Position numbers and translations under genes: made by a program | Part shown: one piece after another, positions 59,826 to 60,608 of the stretch | How the letters are laid out: every line of letters starts with the position of its first letter | Position numbering within the stretch: the first letter of the stretch is position 1 | DNA from: Mesotaenium endlicherianum | Lineage: Eukaryota | Reading direction: 5' to 3' | NCBI GenBank assembly: GCA_009602735.1 | Contig: WELA01002985.1 | Coordinates: 280,548-341,155, forward strand | DNA length: 60,608 nucleotides | The notes under the pieces: model-generated | Told to the model about the DNA's origin: nothing | What the model saw: only the letters and a program-made list of their open reading frames with translations | The model's database searches: none

Positions 59826-60608
59826 GTGCGTGCCGCTGCCGCTGCTCTGCTCTGCTCTGCTCTGCTACTGCTCTCCTCCGCGTCGCCCCGCTCTGAGGGC
59901 GCTGCTCGCCGTGCGTTGCAGGCTGCAAGGGGCGAGGTGCAAGCTGCGTGCGTGCTGCACTGCGCGCTGCGCGCCGCGTGCTTTGCTGCTCGCTCCTTCT
60001 CCTCACGCCACTCCACGGCTGGTTCTGCACCAGCGGTGGTCTGGCCGGCTCACTGCTCGGTCTGCCCGTGCATGCGTGCTCTCGCGCTCCTCTGCGCGTA
60101 GCCAACGGCAGCCACTAAAGCAGCAGCAGCACGGGAGCCCCGAGTCTCCGTGCACATGGCACCGCTGCCTTGCTCACTGAGCACACGTCAGAAATGGTTT
60201 CGCCGAGCCAGCCCACTGCAGTTAGGGAACAAAGCTGATGCTCCCGCCTCTGGCTGCTGCATTGGCCCCGTTCTTTTTCCCGCTGTTTTGTCCGTGTCCC
60301 CTCTGTATACTGGTGCCCTAACGTCCCATGTGGCCCCTGCCTCCCTCCCACCTCTCCCTCCTTGCCACCCCTCGCTCCCCCCGCACATTAGTCTCTTGAG
60401 ACAACCTTCCTGGGGTCTTTTCTGAGCATACCCTACCGTACAGTGGGCAGCGCCATCTCTCTATTGCCCACCCTTGCTCTCTCTTTCGCAAGCTCGCCCC
60501 CCCTACATTCGGGCTTCACCTAGTAGTAGTACCCTACCAGACCGTGTGCTCTGCCGTTGAACTCATGCATTTCCCTCCTCCCGTGATACCCCAAACCCTC
60601 CCCCCCCC

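Noticed and set aside
1..60608. tRNA, rRNA or ribozyme genes
   Set aside because: None was recognisable by eye; the tRNA-complementary 12-mers are retrotransposon PBSs. A covariance-model scan was not possible.

Overview
Eukaryotic genomic DNA, not prokaryotic. The evidence is GT-AG introns, microsatellite-rich introns, TTTAGGG-like motifs and plant-type genes; a streptophyte green alga or early-diverging plant lineage is inferred. The window has three zones. (1) 1-21 kb, GC-rich and genic: a multi-exon VPS41 (HOPS subunit) gene on the minus strand runs off the left edge, head-to-head with a plastid RAF2/PCD-like gene on the plus strand. Inside VPS41, on the opposite strand, lies the 5' part of an ENF2-like (PotD/PotF-related plastid protein) gene. 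This is either a true nested/overlapping antisense gene or a chimeric assembly. (2) About 21.4-54.3 kb: a nested retrotransposon island with four full-length Ty3/gypsy chromoviruses from two families. A1 is intact, with near-identical LTRs, a perfect TSD and a -1 frameshift signal; A2, B1 and B2 are decayed, and B2 sits inside A2. The island also holds a solo LTR, a pol fragment, two copies of an older ~880-bp TG..CA repeat, and an unidentified AT-rich decayed segment. (3) 56-60.6 kb: the start of a multi-exon F-box-like gene. All assignments come from reading the sequence and recalled motifs; no database search was run.
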